This document shows, piece by piece, positions 52,068-64,000 of a stretch of 64,000 nt of DNA. Position 1 is the first letter of the stretch; every line of letters starts with the position of its first letter. The notes below the pieces were generated by a model. It did no database searches. It was not told where the DNA came from and worked only from the letters and a program-made list of their open reading frames with translations. The DNA comes from Phoronis australis (lineage: Eukaryota > Animalia > Phoronida): assembly GCA_002633005.1 (NCBI GenBank), contig NMRA01000601.1, positions 1 through 64,000 on the forward strand, written 5' to 3'. The position numbers were made by a program, and so were the translations under genes.

Positions 52068-54577
52068 TGGTTAACTTGGCTTGTGCTCATAATGGTCCTA
52101 CAAGAGTTGTTATCTTAATCATCTAAATACCCCTGAAGTATGCAGCAGTTTATGAATGGAGGAGTGTGTGGTTTTGTTCAGACAAGAATAGTCGATTATC
52201 AGAATTTCTGTATTTTTCTGTGTCATTATTCCATACAGCGTATCCCTGTATGTACATGTGCTAGGGTTTCATAGTAAAACTGTATTGCATAATCTGACTA
52301 ACTATAAAGAACAGTGTTGTGACTTTTTGTGCGTCTGAAAGTTTAGATGTTGGTTGGCAGAACCAGTAGAACTAATGATAGGTTAGACAAATAAAGCAGA
52401 GAGGGGTGGTGGGTGAAAAAAGGTGCGTTGTGCCCCGTATGTTTTTCACTAGAAAATGAACAGCCGTAATTAAGTCAACGTTGTGAACAGGCGTTGTAAT
52501 TAAGTGTTAGTGTAACTTGTTCCCTTTGCCTTCCGATATTGTACGATTTCGCCTTACACATATGCGATTTATGCCAGTTTTAATGTAAATTCTAATAGAT
52601 TTTTACTGCAAGATGCTTTGCGGTTTGATGCAAAGTTGTGCTATTTATTTATAATGATGGAACGTTTTTTTTGTTCATGCATATTTAGGAGTTTTCTACT
52701 GATTTTGCTTCAACTTTTGTTTTTCACATATTGAAAATTTTGCTGTCGTAAATTGATAATTTTGGGCAGCATTGTGTATACCCATACATGTGAAAGTAAT
52801 AAAAAAGCATGTACCAATTCAATAATGAATGTAAATTTCTGTGCAGATTTAACACGATTTTATCAGAATTTTTTTGGAATGAATTTGAGGCAGAGTGCCC
52901 ACAAAACCATGTTACGGTAAAATATCACAAAATGACAAACAAGTGAAATATTTAGCACCTTTTAAAATATTGTTCTACCATCACAAACATTTATGTCTGC
53001 CCTGAGTGCCACCTGTTGGCTACATGACGTGACTTCTGACTACCACCGTTTCCTGGATAGAAACAATTTGACCAAATTTATGAAATTTCACCCAAGAAAT
53101 CAAATATATAAACATCAACGGGGGCCAGCAGTAGTCAAATCATAAAAAATAGATGCCCACCATTGTCATAGTCATAGAAATATATTTGCAAAAAATAATG
53201 AAGCACCTTGATGGGGTTCACAAGTTACAACTGCCGAAAACTGGTTATCAAGAATGAGATGGTATGTTCATTCCATCCAAGCTAGCTGGAAACAAACAAA
53301 AAAACCTAATTTTTATTTTTGTTTCCTTGTCGTACAAATTGGCCCACAAAGCACCTCATAAAGGCTAAGACCACTGTGGGCAAAATTTAACGCACTCTAG
53401 GACTGATTTCACAAACATCACTTTTGTCGTCGATAATGTAACCAACATGCAGCACAGGCAGTTTCAGAAAGTTGCCAGTTTTTAGAATCATTTTCTTTAT
53501 TGATTTCAAAGCTTTAGGGTGAGTGAATCGGTCATTGTTGCACAGAACTAGAAAAAGTTGTTGAATGGCGTGTAGTTTTTCCAGCATAGGGCAGTTTTAC
53601 TGAAATGGCGAACGTTGCTATGAAGTAACTACAAGTTAACTTAGTAGGCAACTTTGCAACATTTTTACACAGTGATCGTTATTTTAGTTGTGAAATAGTT
53701 TGTTGCCAGTAAACGTTTTACATTTTTAGTGTTTAACAACGCTTAGCAACCTTTTTATATAACCTTAGGGGCATCTTTTGTTTAGATGTTACTAAATAGA
53801 ACTTCGTACCGTTTGGAACCTTTGGAAGCGTTAAATTGTTATACTTTCGTTTTGGATGTAGAAAATAAATTGATTCAGAAGAAAAAATGATCTTTGTGGT
53901 TCTTGAACATACCTCACATACCTAGAATTCCTGTAAGTTTTATACCTTGCATTGGGAGTGCTACTGTTCATTTTTTTACCTTTTTGAAAAAAGGTTTCTG
54001 GCACACTATTTTAATCACACGTCAGATTAAAATTCAGGGCTTGGAATGACCAATGACAAAGAAGGAAAATCTTCCTGTTGACCTATTGTTCCACAAATAA
54101 GAAGGCTTGTGTGATTGAAATATTTTTTGTATCGTAAAATTTAACTGAAATAAACGTTTTTGTAAGAAAAAAGTCAAAATAATGATAAAAAAGAAACAAA
54201 AAAGAAAAAAAAAATGGAAATCAAATAAGAGTAAATCTTAACCAGAAAAAGAGGAAATTCTCTTACAAGTGGGAAATACAAAGCACTGTAAAATATTTCA
54301 AGCTTCTACAAATTGGTATTTCTTTCAGCATCAAATGACCCGCCACCACAAGTAATCTTGTGGCGCCTTGTCTGGGGGCAATAACAAACTGTTGGTTCAT
54401 TCTTAACTCAGATGTCACCTCTAATTTGACTATAATGAAACATTTGAGACCAACTGCATGATAATTGGTCTAAATCACAACGTAAGTCTTCGGGACAGAA
54501 AGCAGGGTTACACCTGTCAAAAAAATATTTGTAACTTAACAAAATTTTAAATAACAAATACCATCCAATTATACACA

Positions 54578-54583
54578 TTTATT
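54578..54583 (-). terminator. Candidate polyadenylation signal (AATAAA) of DGCR6
   Basis: tttatt on the plus strand ~1.3 kb past the DGCR6 stop, followed on the minus strand by GT/T-rich sequence. Confidence 0.4.
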
Positions 54584-55893
54584 GCACATACAGCAGAAAA
54601 GTTTTCAGCGACAAAAAACAACTTCCAAAAGCGTCTTGTAGAAGTGCGTGAGTTCAGTCATGCCTTGCATCAAGCTCACAGAGATCCCTGGTCCAGTATC
54701 CTTTCCAAGTGGCACTTACAGATTGACAAGTAATTGCTGAAGATTCTTACAGAATCAGGACTTCTAAAATTCATATGGCTATTGCATTTGCTTTCAGAGT
54801 TCAGCAGCTACATATATGTTTGGTTGACAACTCTTTACTTTTTCAAGATTCTGCGACACCTGGTGGTGAGAGCTAAAGTAAACAGAGACAAAGGCTCAGC
54901 ATTTTTGTGCAATGCAGGTCCCAAGCAGTAGGCTTCAAGCTTAAAAATGTTTAAACTTTTAAGCTTAATAAACATTAGGGAAAATTGTCTTTGAAACACA
55001 GATGTTCAATTCCCGCAGTATTTCCACAAAATATTCTGTCCGTTAACCAGGAGGGCCTATCTGGATAAACAAAGTCCTTCAATGCTTAAACGAGATAATA
55101 TTGTCGGTCTGAAGCACCACAGCACACCATGACGCCGGCCTGTGGAGCGCGAACCACTGTTCGAATAAATATCTCAAATAAGAGCTCCATTGTAATGTTC
55201 CATGTACATCAAGAAAAAGTCAGGATGGAGAAATGATTCAGCGATGGGACTTGGTAACACTCTGTCCAATCAACTGCGAGTCACAGTAGATTCAACTACA
55301 TTATATCTTATCTGTTGACAAGTGTTCACAGAGCCTGTGCACTGAATTACTGAGAGGTTTAGCCCATAGTCTATCCACTTGTAGCGTTTAGACCAGCCAC
55401 AGAACTTTGGCACGGTCAGCGCATTACTCATTGGCACGACATTTGTGGTGAAAAATGTCCGCCAATACAACAATAGAGTATCCTGGCTGATTACTTTCTA
55501 CCACATTGAAGACTCTGAAGAAGCTGTCAACTCACTTTCAGGGATGGCCATTTTGCTTGAGAGTGCCAATAATGTTAGAAGCTTACCTACACTTTGCTAG
55601 TAAAAGGAAGACGCAGCACAGTTCCCCAAAATTTTGTCATACGGGCAACAATGAAGCAGAAGACAGATGCCTGAAGGACGACAGGGGCGCTGAAGGATGA
55701 CAGGGGGCGGGCAGCCACCCAGCAAACCAAACATGCGACACTAGTTCTCATGCTGTTCTCTACAAGTACGGGCATTGCCGTTCTACAAAATATTCGTGAA
55801 CTGTACTCTTAAACTTTCGCTGAACGTATCCCAGTCGTTTTTCAACGAGAGCTCTTAACATAACATAGATATGTCTCCAAAAGCAGACATATT

Positions 55894-58800
55894 TCAAGGA
55901 ATGTGCGCTCCATCCAGCCTCTGTATGAACTCCAGCAGGTACATCTGTATCTTGATCTCGTTAGGTTTATTAGTGACAGTAAAGCCTGGCACGCCTGCCT
56001 TTTCTAGCATACTTTGTTGTTCAGACACCTTCTGGTCCAGCTCCAAGATAATCTTCATATCCTTACGCTTCACCTCCTCTTCATACCTTTGTTCCATTTC
56101 CTGAAAGGTTTTTCAATTGTTAAAGTTGGAATTTTGAAACTTGCCAGAAAAGAGTAAAATATTCTGATTTTCTTTTGGTGGGAGACATTCAAAATGTGGA
56201 GGGTGGGATGTAGGGAGAGGGAGAGAGGGAGGGAGCGAGGGAAGGGGGACGGAGAGAAAGGGGGAGAGGGAGGGAGGGANNNNNNNNNNNNNNNNNNNNN
56301 NNNNNNNNNNNNNNNNNNNNNNNNNNNNNNNNNNNNNNNNNNNNNNNNNNNNNNNNNNNNNNNNNNNNNNNNNNNNNNNNNNNNNNNNNNNNNNNNNNNN
56401 NNNNNNNNNNNNNNNNNNNNNNNNNNNNNNNNNNNNNNNNNNNNNNNNNNNNNNNNNNNNNNNNNNNNNNNNNNNNNNNNNNNNNNNNNNNNNNNNNNNN
56501 NNNNNNNNNNNNNNNNNNNNNNAGGGGGGACAGAAAGGGAGGGAGGGTTGGAGGGAGGCAGAACAATTGAAATATTTTGGATTATTTGTCAGCTATTGCA
56601 TAGCCAGACTTTCCTTGAAGTCGTCAAGCAGCCAACAAGCGAAGAGTCTCTCTTATAAAGGAAATTGAAAAAACCACGACTGAATGAGAGTATTATGGAG
56701 GATACCGGAGAACAAAATTCCAAAAAAATTCCACCACTATTTTTCCAAAAGAACTCCATGGGGCCTCTCTTTGGACACTTTAAACTTAAAATCTGGTAAA
56801 AATGAATTTCAAATCAATCAAAAACGTAAACTTTTGTTGATTGCAAAAAATATTCATACTGAGAATTAAGAAATTTACTGAAAACCGCAACCTAAAATTG
56901 AGCTGAAAAAATCATCTCCTGTCAGTAATTCTAAATTCTCTTTTTTCTTGCTGTTAGTGTGATAATAGTAATATTCGACTTGTAATTTGACATCATTCTA
57001 TTTTGATGAGTCCAGCGGTGATGAAATGGAAGAGAAACAAAGCAAATGATCACAAGACATCGACACACCAAAAATGATTATGCTTATTATACGGGATAAA
57101 TATTTGGTAGAGTTGGGACACTCCCAGATGAAATAAATTTGCGATGGTATATCCTAGTAATATTTGCATGAGTGACAACCTATAGAATTCATGAATTATG
57201 GGATAGAATTCATGAATTATGGGATAGAATTCATGAATTATGGGATAGAATTCACGAATTATGGGATAGAATTCATGAATTATGGGATAGAATTCATGAA
57301 TTATGGGAGAGAATTCACGAATTATGGGATAGAATTCACGAATTAAGGGATAGAATTCATGAATTATGGGATAGAATTCATGAATTATGGGATACAATTC
57401 ATGAATTATGGGATATTAGATTTCGTTCTTTAAGTGAAGATTTCTCAGTGCACGTGAATGGCAATGTTTTGGGTCTATGCACATCCAGATCTCTTAGGCA
57501 ATATACCTCTTTAACGAAGTCCCCAATAATCCAAAATCCAACGTGGAGGATTTCCAGGTATTACCCACCCCTTCTACTTATTTCATGTGTAAACATAAAC
57601 TACCAAGGGATTGGTGGATTATCTAAGCTCTTAGATAATGTATAACATTACACCAGCATAAGAAAATCCCCAGAATGCATCAGCCATTATGGTGAATTTC
57701 CATGCTCCTTTACCTGCCATTCCCGCTCATTCTGTGTCTGTACATAGGCCAACTGATGAGGTCGGGAGTACGAGGTCTCTTGGACCAAGTCTTTATGTTT
57801 CTTCATTAAATTTTGCCTTGCGCCTGCAATCAATACAATGACGTAGGACCCTGATTCTCAGATTACTGACGGTACTGGGATTTTCCATAGATAAGCCCAT
57901 CTGATGAAATGCCCATGGGCGTTTATTTTGAAAATTAAGCCGAATAAATGCCATGGGAGTTTATTTGTTGTTACAACTTCTGGGCCTGGTCTCCAATCTT
58001 TTTACTCGAAATGGAAATCGAAATTAGGTTTGGTATTTTCTACTTTTGGGCGAACTCAAGATAAGTGTCTATTATTCTATGCTCGAGTACACAATAACTT
58101 ACGTAGATAATTTATTGCCCTTAGTTCACAGTTTGTAAACCCAATATTAAAGCAATAAGTTCGAGTTTGAACTCGAAATTTTGAGTTTTTACTCGAGTTT
58201 GTAGCACGAATATAAGGGTCTTCAAGGGCAAACTTGAACTAGAAACTCCTATGCGTAAACTATAATGTATTCAAGCACAGTCTGATAACCAATTATCTTA
58301 AGTTCACACAAAAGGAGCAGAGAAAATGCCAAAAATAGTTTCGAGTTCGTTTCGAGTACAAAGATTAGAGACCGGGCCCAGGTGTCAAGTGTCCAGATAG
58401 TGGAGCGTTTATTTGGAAAATTTCCTCTTAAAAGCCCTCAAGGAGTCCTGAAGTGTCGTGCACATTAATTTTCTTGTCCCACTGGGCAGATACTGATAGG
58501 TTGTTACACAATTAACGTTGTTAACAGGTATCAACGTATTCACAACAGTACTTTTAAGGACTACCAATCCACTCAGAAGGGCTGTTTCACCTACAAAAAT
58601 ATATATCGCGCTTCATACTGGTATTTGCGTAGCCAAAATTAAGACTTTCCGTTTACACGCCCTAATTTTTCGAATAAGTGCCTGGGTGTTTATTTGGTGT
58701 TACTAAAATACCTGAAAATTTTTATTTTCCAAATACACGCTCATGGGCTTACCTACGGAAAATCCCGTTAGAGGCTCAACAGAATATTCTGCAGCAAAAT

Positions 58801-61018
58801 TCAACATCACCACTAGCAAAATAAAAATGGTAAGAACAATAATAATAACAATAACGCTGATCAAAAGTAGTTCTCAACATCTCAGCCCCCAGGGAAGCCC
58901 TCAAAACATACAAGGGGACAGCTCTTTTAGGTGCACCAATGAGGTTTATAGTTAACAGGACATTCATCATTTTTGATGCATAGTTCAACTTTCCTTGCAT
59001 GAGTGGTTTTAGCTCGACATTGACCAAAGCAACAGCCACATCCTGAAATACCACAGCTTTACTCAAAGTCTGCGATACTTACCCACAATGCTGAGTATAC
59101 ACTGGGAACTTATCTCTCTATTACGCACTGCTGTCATACTACACAGTCACCTAGTCTTTGGACTTATAGTATTAACTTAAGTAGTCACTCTAATGCAAAT
59201 AAATTTTTACTATGCACATGGAGCTGAAATGCGAAATCAAGAACTATAATAAGATGGGTGGATCATAATTTAGGCCAATCATTCTTACTAATCACACTCA
59301 TCTCAGAAGTGTGTTTATACCTACATGGGTCTTTCTAATTCTGTGAAAGAGAGATCAATCTTATTACTGATTACCGCCTTGGAATAATCACAGGTATTCA
59401 CTGGCCAGTGCAACTTAACTCAACACCAACCTTTGTGTTCATTAACTAATGCTGTCCTTTGAGCGTACAAACTTTTCTCCTCTAACTGTTGCACCTCTCT
59501 CAGACTTCGCACAATTTGAAACACGGTGCCATCAAGCAGCGCATTTGCAAGTTCAGACAGGGTCTCATAAGGCAGTCTCTGCTGGTACACTCTGTTTAAA
59601 CAGAAACACAAAAAGAAATCCGTAAGTAAAAAAGAAGAATATTCTAAAACTGAAATGCAAGACCATGTTACACGTGTCTTCTTTACGAGGTCCCTTGCTA
59701 CAACAGCGCCACACAGTGATTTTTTATTTCCCTATTTTTGACATGAATGGTCATTATTTAATTCTTGATGCGCTCGCTATGAATTCACCAGCCCTAGTTT
59801 TTCTGAGAAACCTGGCTTTCAAGTCCATCCCCGCCCCTTTTCTGGTGCACTGGGTTGACCTCAAACAGGGCGCTCATGTGAAATAAAGCACACTTGCGGA
59901 TGACAGTAACGTCAAAGTCGCTGTCTGACTATGCAAAGACTTTCATTGTCTCAGATCACTTCAGGACATACTCAAAAGCTTAACCAAACTACTAATAAGG
60001 CTTTGAAAATGTAATTAATATGCAACACAATATAATCATCAGTTCAATGGCATGACTAACAATTCTTTCAACAGCCTACCTTAAGCCATGTATACACACT
60101 TTAATTGCCGTATACATGACTTTTGTACGCAGCAGCCATAAACAAATAATCGCAGTGTGTAGACAAATACTATGACGTGATTTTAGAGCTGAAAAGTTAT
60201 TCTTAGGTCTTTTCAAATAGTGCGCAATGAATTCCGCTCCCATTTTATTTCCTGTCTGTTAGTAGTAGATCACTGGCCAATCAAAGTGTCTTATTTTTGA
60301 GATAAGACTTTGGTTTTGCATGAGAGAATGATGAGACATTTCAGCAATATTACACACTGAGGCAATGCGTGGTGAATACTACCATTCACCAATGGCACAT
60401 AACTATTGAAACAGAGAATCCATTCAACAAAATACACTAGAGCCTACTGAATGTCATACAATCCGTTTCAACGTAAATTATGATAATAGGCGGGATATTC
60501 CATTAAGTGGGTTTAGGGTTGGTGGTGATAACCATATAAGCTAGGTAATCATGCTAAACGAAGATTCTTAGAGTGAGACAGGGAAACCGGAAATGACTGA
60601 TTTCACCCGCAGCAAGCACGCTGAGATCCGATAAGGCAAATGAATTAAAGATGAATTAGGGTTAGTTTTTAGACAGAAAAGGTACACATGCTAATAAGCG
60701 GTTGGGAAATGATTTGTTTTTGACATTTCATGACAATAACAACTGGTATGACATTAAGAGGGCTCGACTGTAGTGTAATGCAGTTGGTATACAGTCTACA
60801 TTTTAATTTGCTTGCAGTATAAACTGAACTACGTATGAAATTGTGCAAGACAATGGGACTGAGCAGACAGGGATTTACCCTGGCAATTCCTGACACATTT
60901 TCTGTAGTTCTGATAACATTGTGTAGTGTTTCTTCTGCTGTTGTTCTTTGCGTGACAACTCTTCATGAACACTGGCCAGCAAGCCAGGGTCAAGGTTAGT
61001 CACATAACCCCCACTCAT
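55894..61018 (-). CDS. DGCR6: DGCR6/gonadal (gdl) family protein, 4 coding exons, 205 aa
   Basis: Exons 61018-60879, 59591-59431, 57823-57714 and 56100-55894 (618 nt, GT-AG, phases 2/1/0). The protein [92 protein letters not shown]...RPHQL...[49 protein letters not shown] matches DGCR6 as recalled. An acceptor at 61043-61042 implies a further upstream 5' UTR exon. Confidence 0.95.
56198..56559. other. G/A-rich low-complexity tract interrupted by an assembly gap (N 56280-56522)
   Basis: (GGGA)n-like sequence on both sides of the N run. Confidence 0.9.
57182..57414. repeat. 21-bp minisatellite (tagaattcatgaattatggga) x ~11 in DGCR6 intron
   Basis: Directly visible; each unit contains the palindrome aattcatgaatt. 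Confidence 0.95.
57874..58770 (-). mobile_element. Tc1/mariner(pogo)-like non-autonomous element carrying a nested MITE
   Basis: TIRs tactgggattttccatagataagcccat / atgggcttacctacggaaaatcccgtta; homologous to 24778-25220. Confidence 0.6.
57983..58378. mobile_element. PIF/Harbinger-like MITE
   Basis: TIRs ggcctggtctccaatctttttactcgaaa / tttcgagtacaaagattagagaccgggcc, flanked by ctg and cag (CWG target). Confidence 0.75.
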
Positions 61019-63773
61019 TCTAGTGACCACACTGAACTATCCTGAAAAATAAAATAAAGATACACGGGTTACAGGTGAAACTGATCAAAGACAATTAACT
61101 CACTAAAAATTTGAAAACTCGTAGTTGACTTGTGCAAAGTTGTTCAGCTTGGTATTGCCAATTCTCGAGTAAGACTGACCTAGAATTCGTGCAAAGTTTC
61201 ATCAGACCAGGGTAAGAACTTATATTTTTGATTTCAGTGAGTCATGAAAGCGAGCTTCAGACTCAGAGAGACCCGTTTTAATACATATGCTAGTGGGCTT
61301 ACATCCTTTTTTGATAGCCAATTCCAATTTACACACGTGGTATGTTTTCAGAAACAGCTTCGGAGATTTAAACAGGTTAAAGAAGTGCAAATATATAATC
61401 CTGCCTACTGTCATGTCAAAGAGCTAAGTTTTGACTTCGAGCACTTATCATTATAAATTTGGTCATAAATTGTTCTTTTTTCAGATTAGATGTGATTTCG
61501 GGGCTTGGGAAGGACACTGGTCGGATATAGTGGTCCCTGATTTAGAGAACCAAGCAATCACTGAATAACAGGCCTATTACTTAGTGGATGAAATGGGTTC
61601 TCTGAATCCGGCAGGGACCGCTTTATTCGACCACTGCCCTTGGGGAGAACTGACAGTGCATAAGTGCTTGAGACCAGCTCCACAAGTTAGCTTGTCATAA
61701 CAGCCAGGTCGTTTTATGAAGCATGTATGGTCTCAAGCACAGCCAGCTGGCAGGAAATTCTTTTATACTTTGACAACTGCCAGAACGCAGGCAACCAGCA
61801 AGACCAGGCACTTCACTCAGTGAGGCTTTGAAATGTGGGCAATCAGCTATTATTTACGGTTATTCCCTGGCAGCTGGCTGACACAGAAATCATTCCACAT
61901 CTGAGTAAAGAAACAAGTTGAGGCCACTTTTACCCAGCAGAAAGTGGTCTGAATTAAAAGTTTATTTCTACGAAGGGTTAATCAACTGTGCCTGTGGTCT
62001 ACTGTGGCTTCTGTGACTCCGTCTCAGAGATTAAAACCACAATGAAGAGTTTCTGGGCCAGTCACAAGGCGTGATTGATGATACACTGGTTAAATAGTCC
62101 AGATGAAGCTAAATTAACGCTATATTGCGCAAAACGTGAACAGAATTCCATGACGAACAAATTGACGGGAACCTGTCATTCCCTGGGCGCAGACATCTTT
62201 GATTAACGACTACCCAATCATAGTTATGATTACAAAGCTCCAGACAAACTTTGGACCAATGACAAAAGTCCTGACAAGTATCAACCGGGCAATTCAAAAT
62301 TATCAACAATGGCTGTTGTCCCTGAAGACGTGTGGTGCAAAGTTGTTAAATTGAGTGGACATTTGTTGAAATCCAAGAGCTATAATGAAGTGCCTGTCAG
62401 TGATCATTATTCCGTCATTCACCATCTTTTGAATCAGTTTGACTCACAATGGACTTGGACTCTGTCGCAAACAAACGAGGGTTTCAATTATAGACAACTG
62501 ACCAAGTAAGTTTCTCGACATTGATCTTTACCGGCAAGACTTTACCCCACACTGTGTGACAATGAAGGGCTAAGCTAGACAGTATCGGTGTCAGTGCTGC
62601 TCTTCTTGTTTTGATTTTGTAAAATTCTCAAGGGTCCAAGAGCTAAAAGTAGTAACTCTGAAAGGTCTTGTTGGATATTTAAGCGTACTCTTATTTCTTG
62701 CCAAGTCCAGAAATCACACCTATTTTCAGCAGTAAGGAACAAATCGAGACCAATTTCATCACAGTACTTAAGTAAGTGATCTAAATCTAAACATTGTTTT
62801 TTGTGATGGAAAATGGATTATTTTATAACTGCATGCTTATTTTGAGTGATATTTATACCACAATTCCAGATATCTTCGACTGCTTGACATTGGTCACTTG
62901 GTTCGGTCACAAGATGATTTGAGAAACAAGGTCAAAGTTGGTCGTGTCCTTGGCCTAATTTTAGACAAACTCGAGGCCAGATTTGGAAGCAGAATATACT
63001 ACAGAAATGAAACACCAATGATCAAGTCAGAGGGATTACTATGTGCAGACATGGGGAGCGTGAAACGTGATAGGAGAACTCCAAAAATGTCCGAATTTGA
63101 GAAAGAAAACATTGGCTTGGTAAACGTATGTACTCGCTGCATGATTTGTTGAGACAGTATAGCTAGTTGTTATGTGGAGTTGCAGTTACAAACAACAATT
63201 TATTGTATACCTTAGTTTCAATAGGTCTGACATTTACATGATATACATTTTTATTTCAAAAGTACAAATATAGTTCTTTCTTATCTCTGTTAAATGTTTA
63301 AGTGTGCTTTTGATGGGACTTGAAGCATGGCATGAAATGCCAGTCAGTGAACATTTGTGGACCCGAGGTAATTATACTCTACATTATTGATACCCTAATA
63401 CAAGGGCTTTTTGATGACGTAATTCACAACATAAACAAAGAAATTCCTGCCGTACATTTACACATACAGATCTACGCGCAATTTTGCTATGAACTCTGAG
63501 CTATTCATTCACAAATTCTTGGGAATAATTCTGAAACAATAGTAAAGTCCTGTGTAGCACCTTGATACTATGAGCTTTGGAATTTAGAATTATGGTTTCC
63601 AAAGTCTTTGGACAGGCTTGGTCAATTTGTAAATACCGTACTTAACCAGATTAATTTTCTAAAGAAATGGGATTTTTATTTTTAATGCCTGTAAAGATCC
63701 AAAACAAACCTAGCAAGTCATCAGTTTAAAGTTTATCTGTGATGGTCACATTCACTGGCTGACACTACGTTGT

Positions 63774-63934
63774 CAAGTGCGGATCCAGGATTTCAGTTAG
63801 GGGGGGGGGGAGCAGGGCAGAGTATTAGCCAAGATTTTGCCCGTCAGGCATTCGCACCCCCGGACTGTCAAATGCAATCTGGGAGAATTTTAGAGGGGCA
63901 TGGCCCCCTTGGCCCCCCTCTAAGTCCACCACCG
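63774..63934 (+). mobile_element. hAT-like MITE (copy 3)
   Basis: gcggatccaggattt...gcattcgcaccccc...aatctgggagaattttag shared with copy 1. Confidence 0.7.
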
Positions 63935-64000
63935 GTTGTTAACTTTTATGTAATATGATGTTTATCACGAGATCGAGTAGTCAATTACGCAATAGTTACC

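Noticed and set aside
56189-56658. ORFs spanning the N run
   Set aside because: Artefacts of the gap and the low-complexity purine tract
57050-57645. ORFs with (DRIHELW)n and (YPIIHEF)n repeats
   Set aside because: Translations of the 21-bp intronic minisatellite; no splice or homology support
62100-63160. Possible LINE or gene fragment
   Set aside because: Only vague coding-like texture with many stops; no motif could be named

Overview
This is a eukaryotic, intron-rich and repeat-rich window, probably from a marine bilaterian invertebrate (inferred from gene and TE content; the species cannot be determined). It contains: (1) an intronless LicD/fukutin-family gene on the minus strand (5842-6564) with an adjacent inactivated tandem copy (7481-8215); (2) an 18-exon CNK/CNKSR scaffold gene on the plus strand (9883-49819, about 867 aa; SAM-CRIC-PDZ-PH plus a C-terminal coiled coil and PDZ ligand), assembled by hand with continuous splice phase, including three micro-exons and a probable GC-AG intron; (3) a convergent 4-coding-exon DGCR6/gonadal gene on the minus strand (55894-61018, 205 aa). 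The rest is transposon debris: a solo LTR with heat-shock elements, a Hero-like REL retroelement fragment, an inverted Penelope-like repeat, SINEs, MITEs and minisatellites. The most striking non-coding signal is two Helentron/HINE-like element families whose internal tandem repeats carry regulatory motifs. One has about 18 same-orientation CTCF-like sites at ~145-150 bp pitch; the other has a duplicated YY1/NRF1/ETS/E-box/CCAAT cassette. All calls were made by eye, without database searches.
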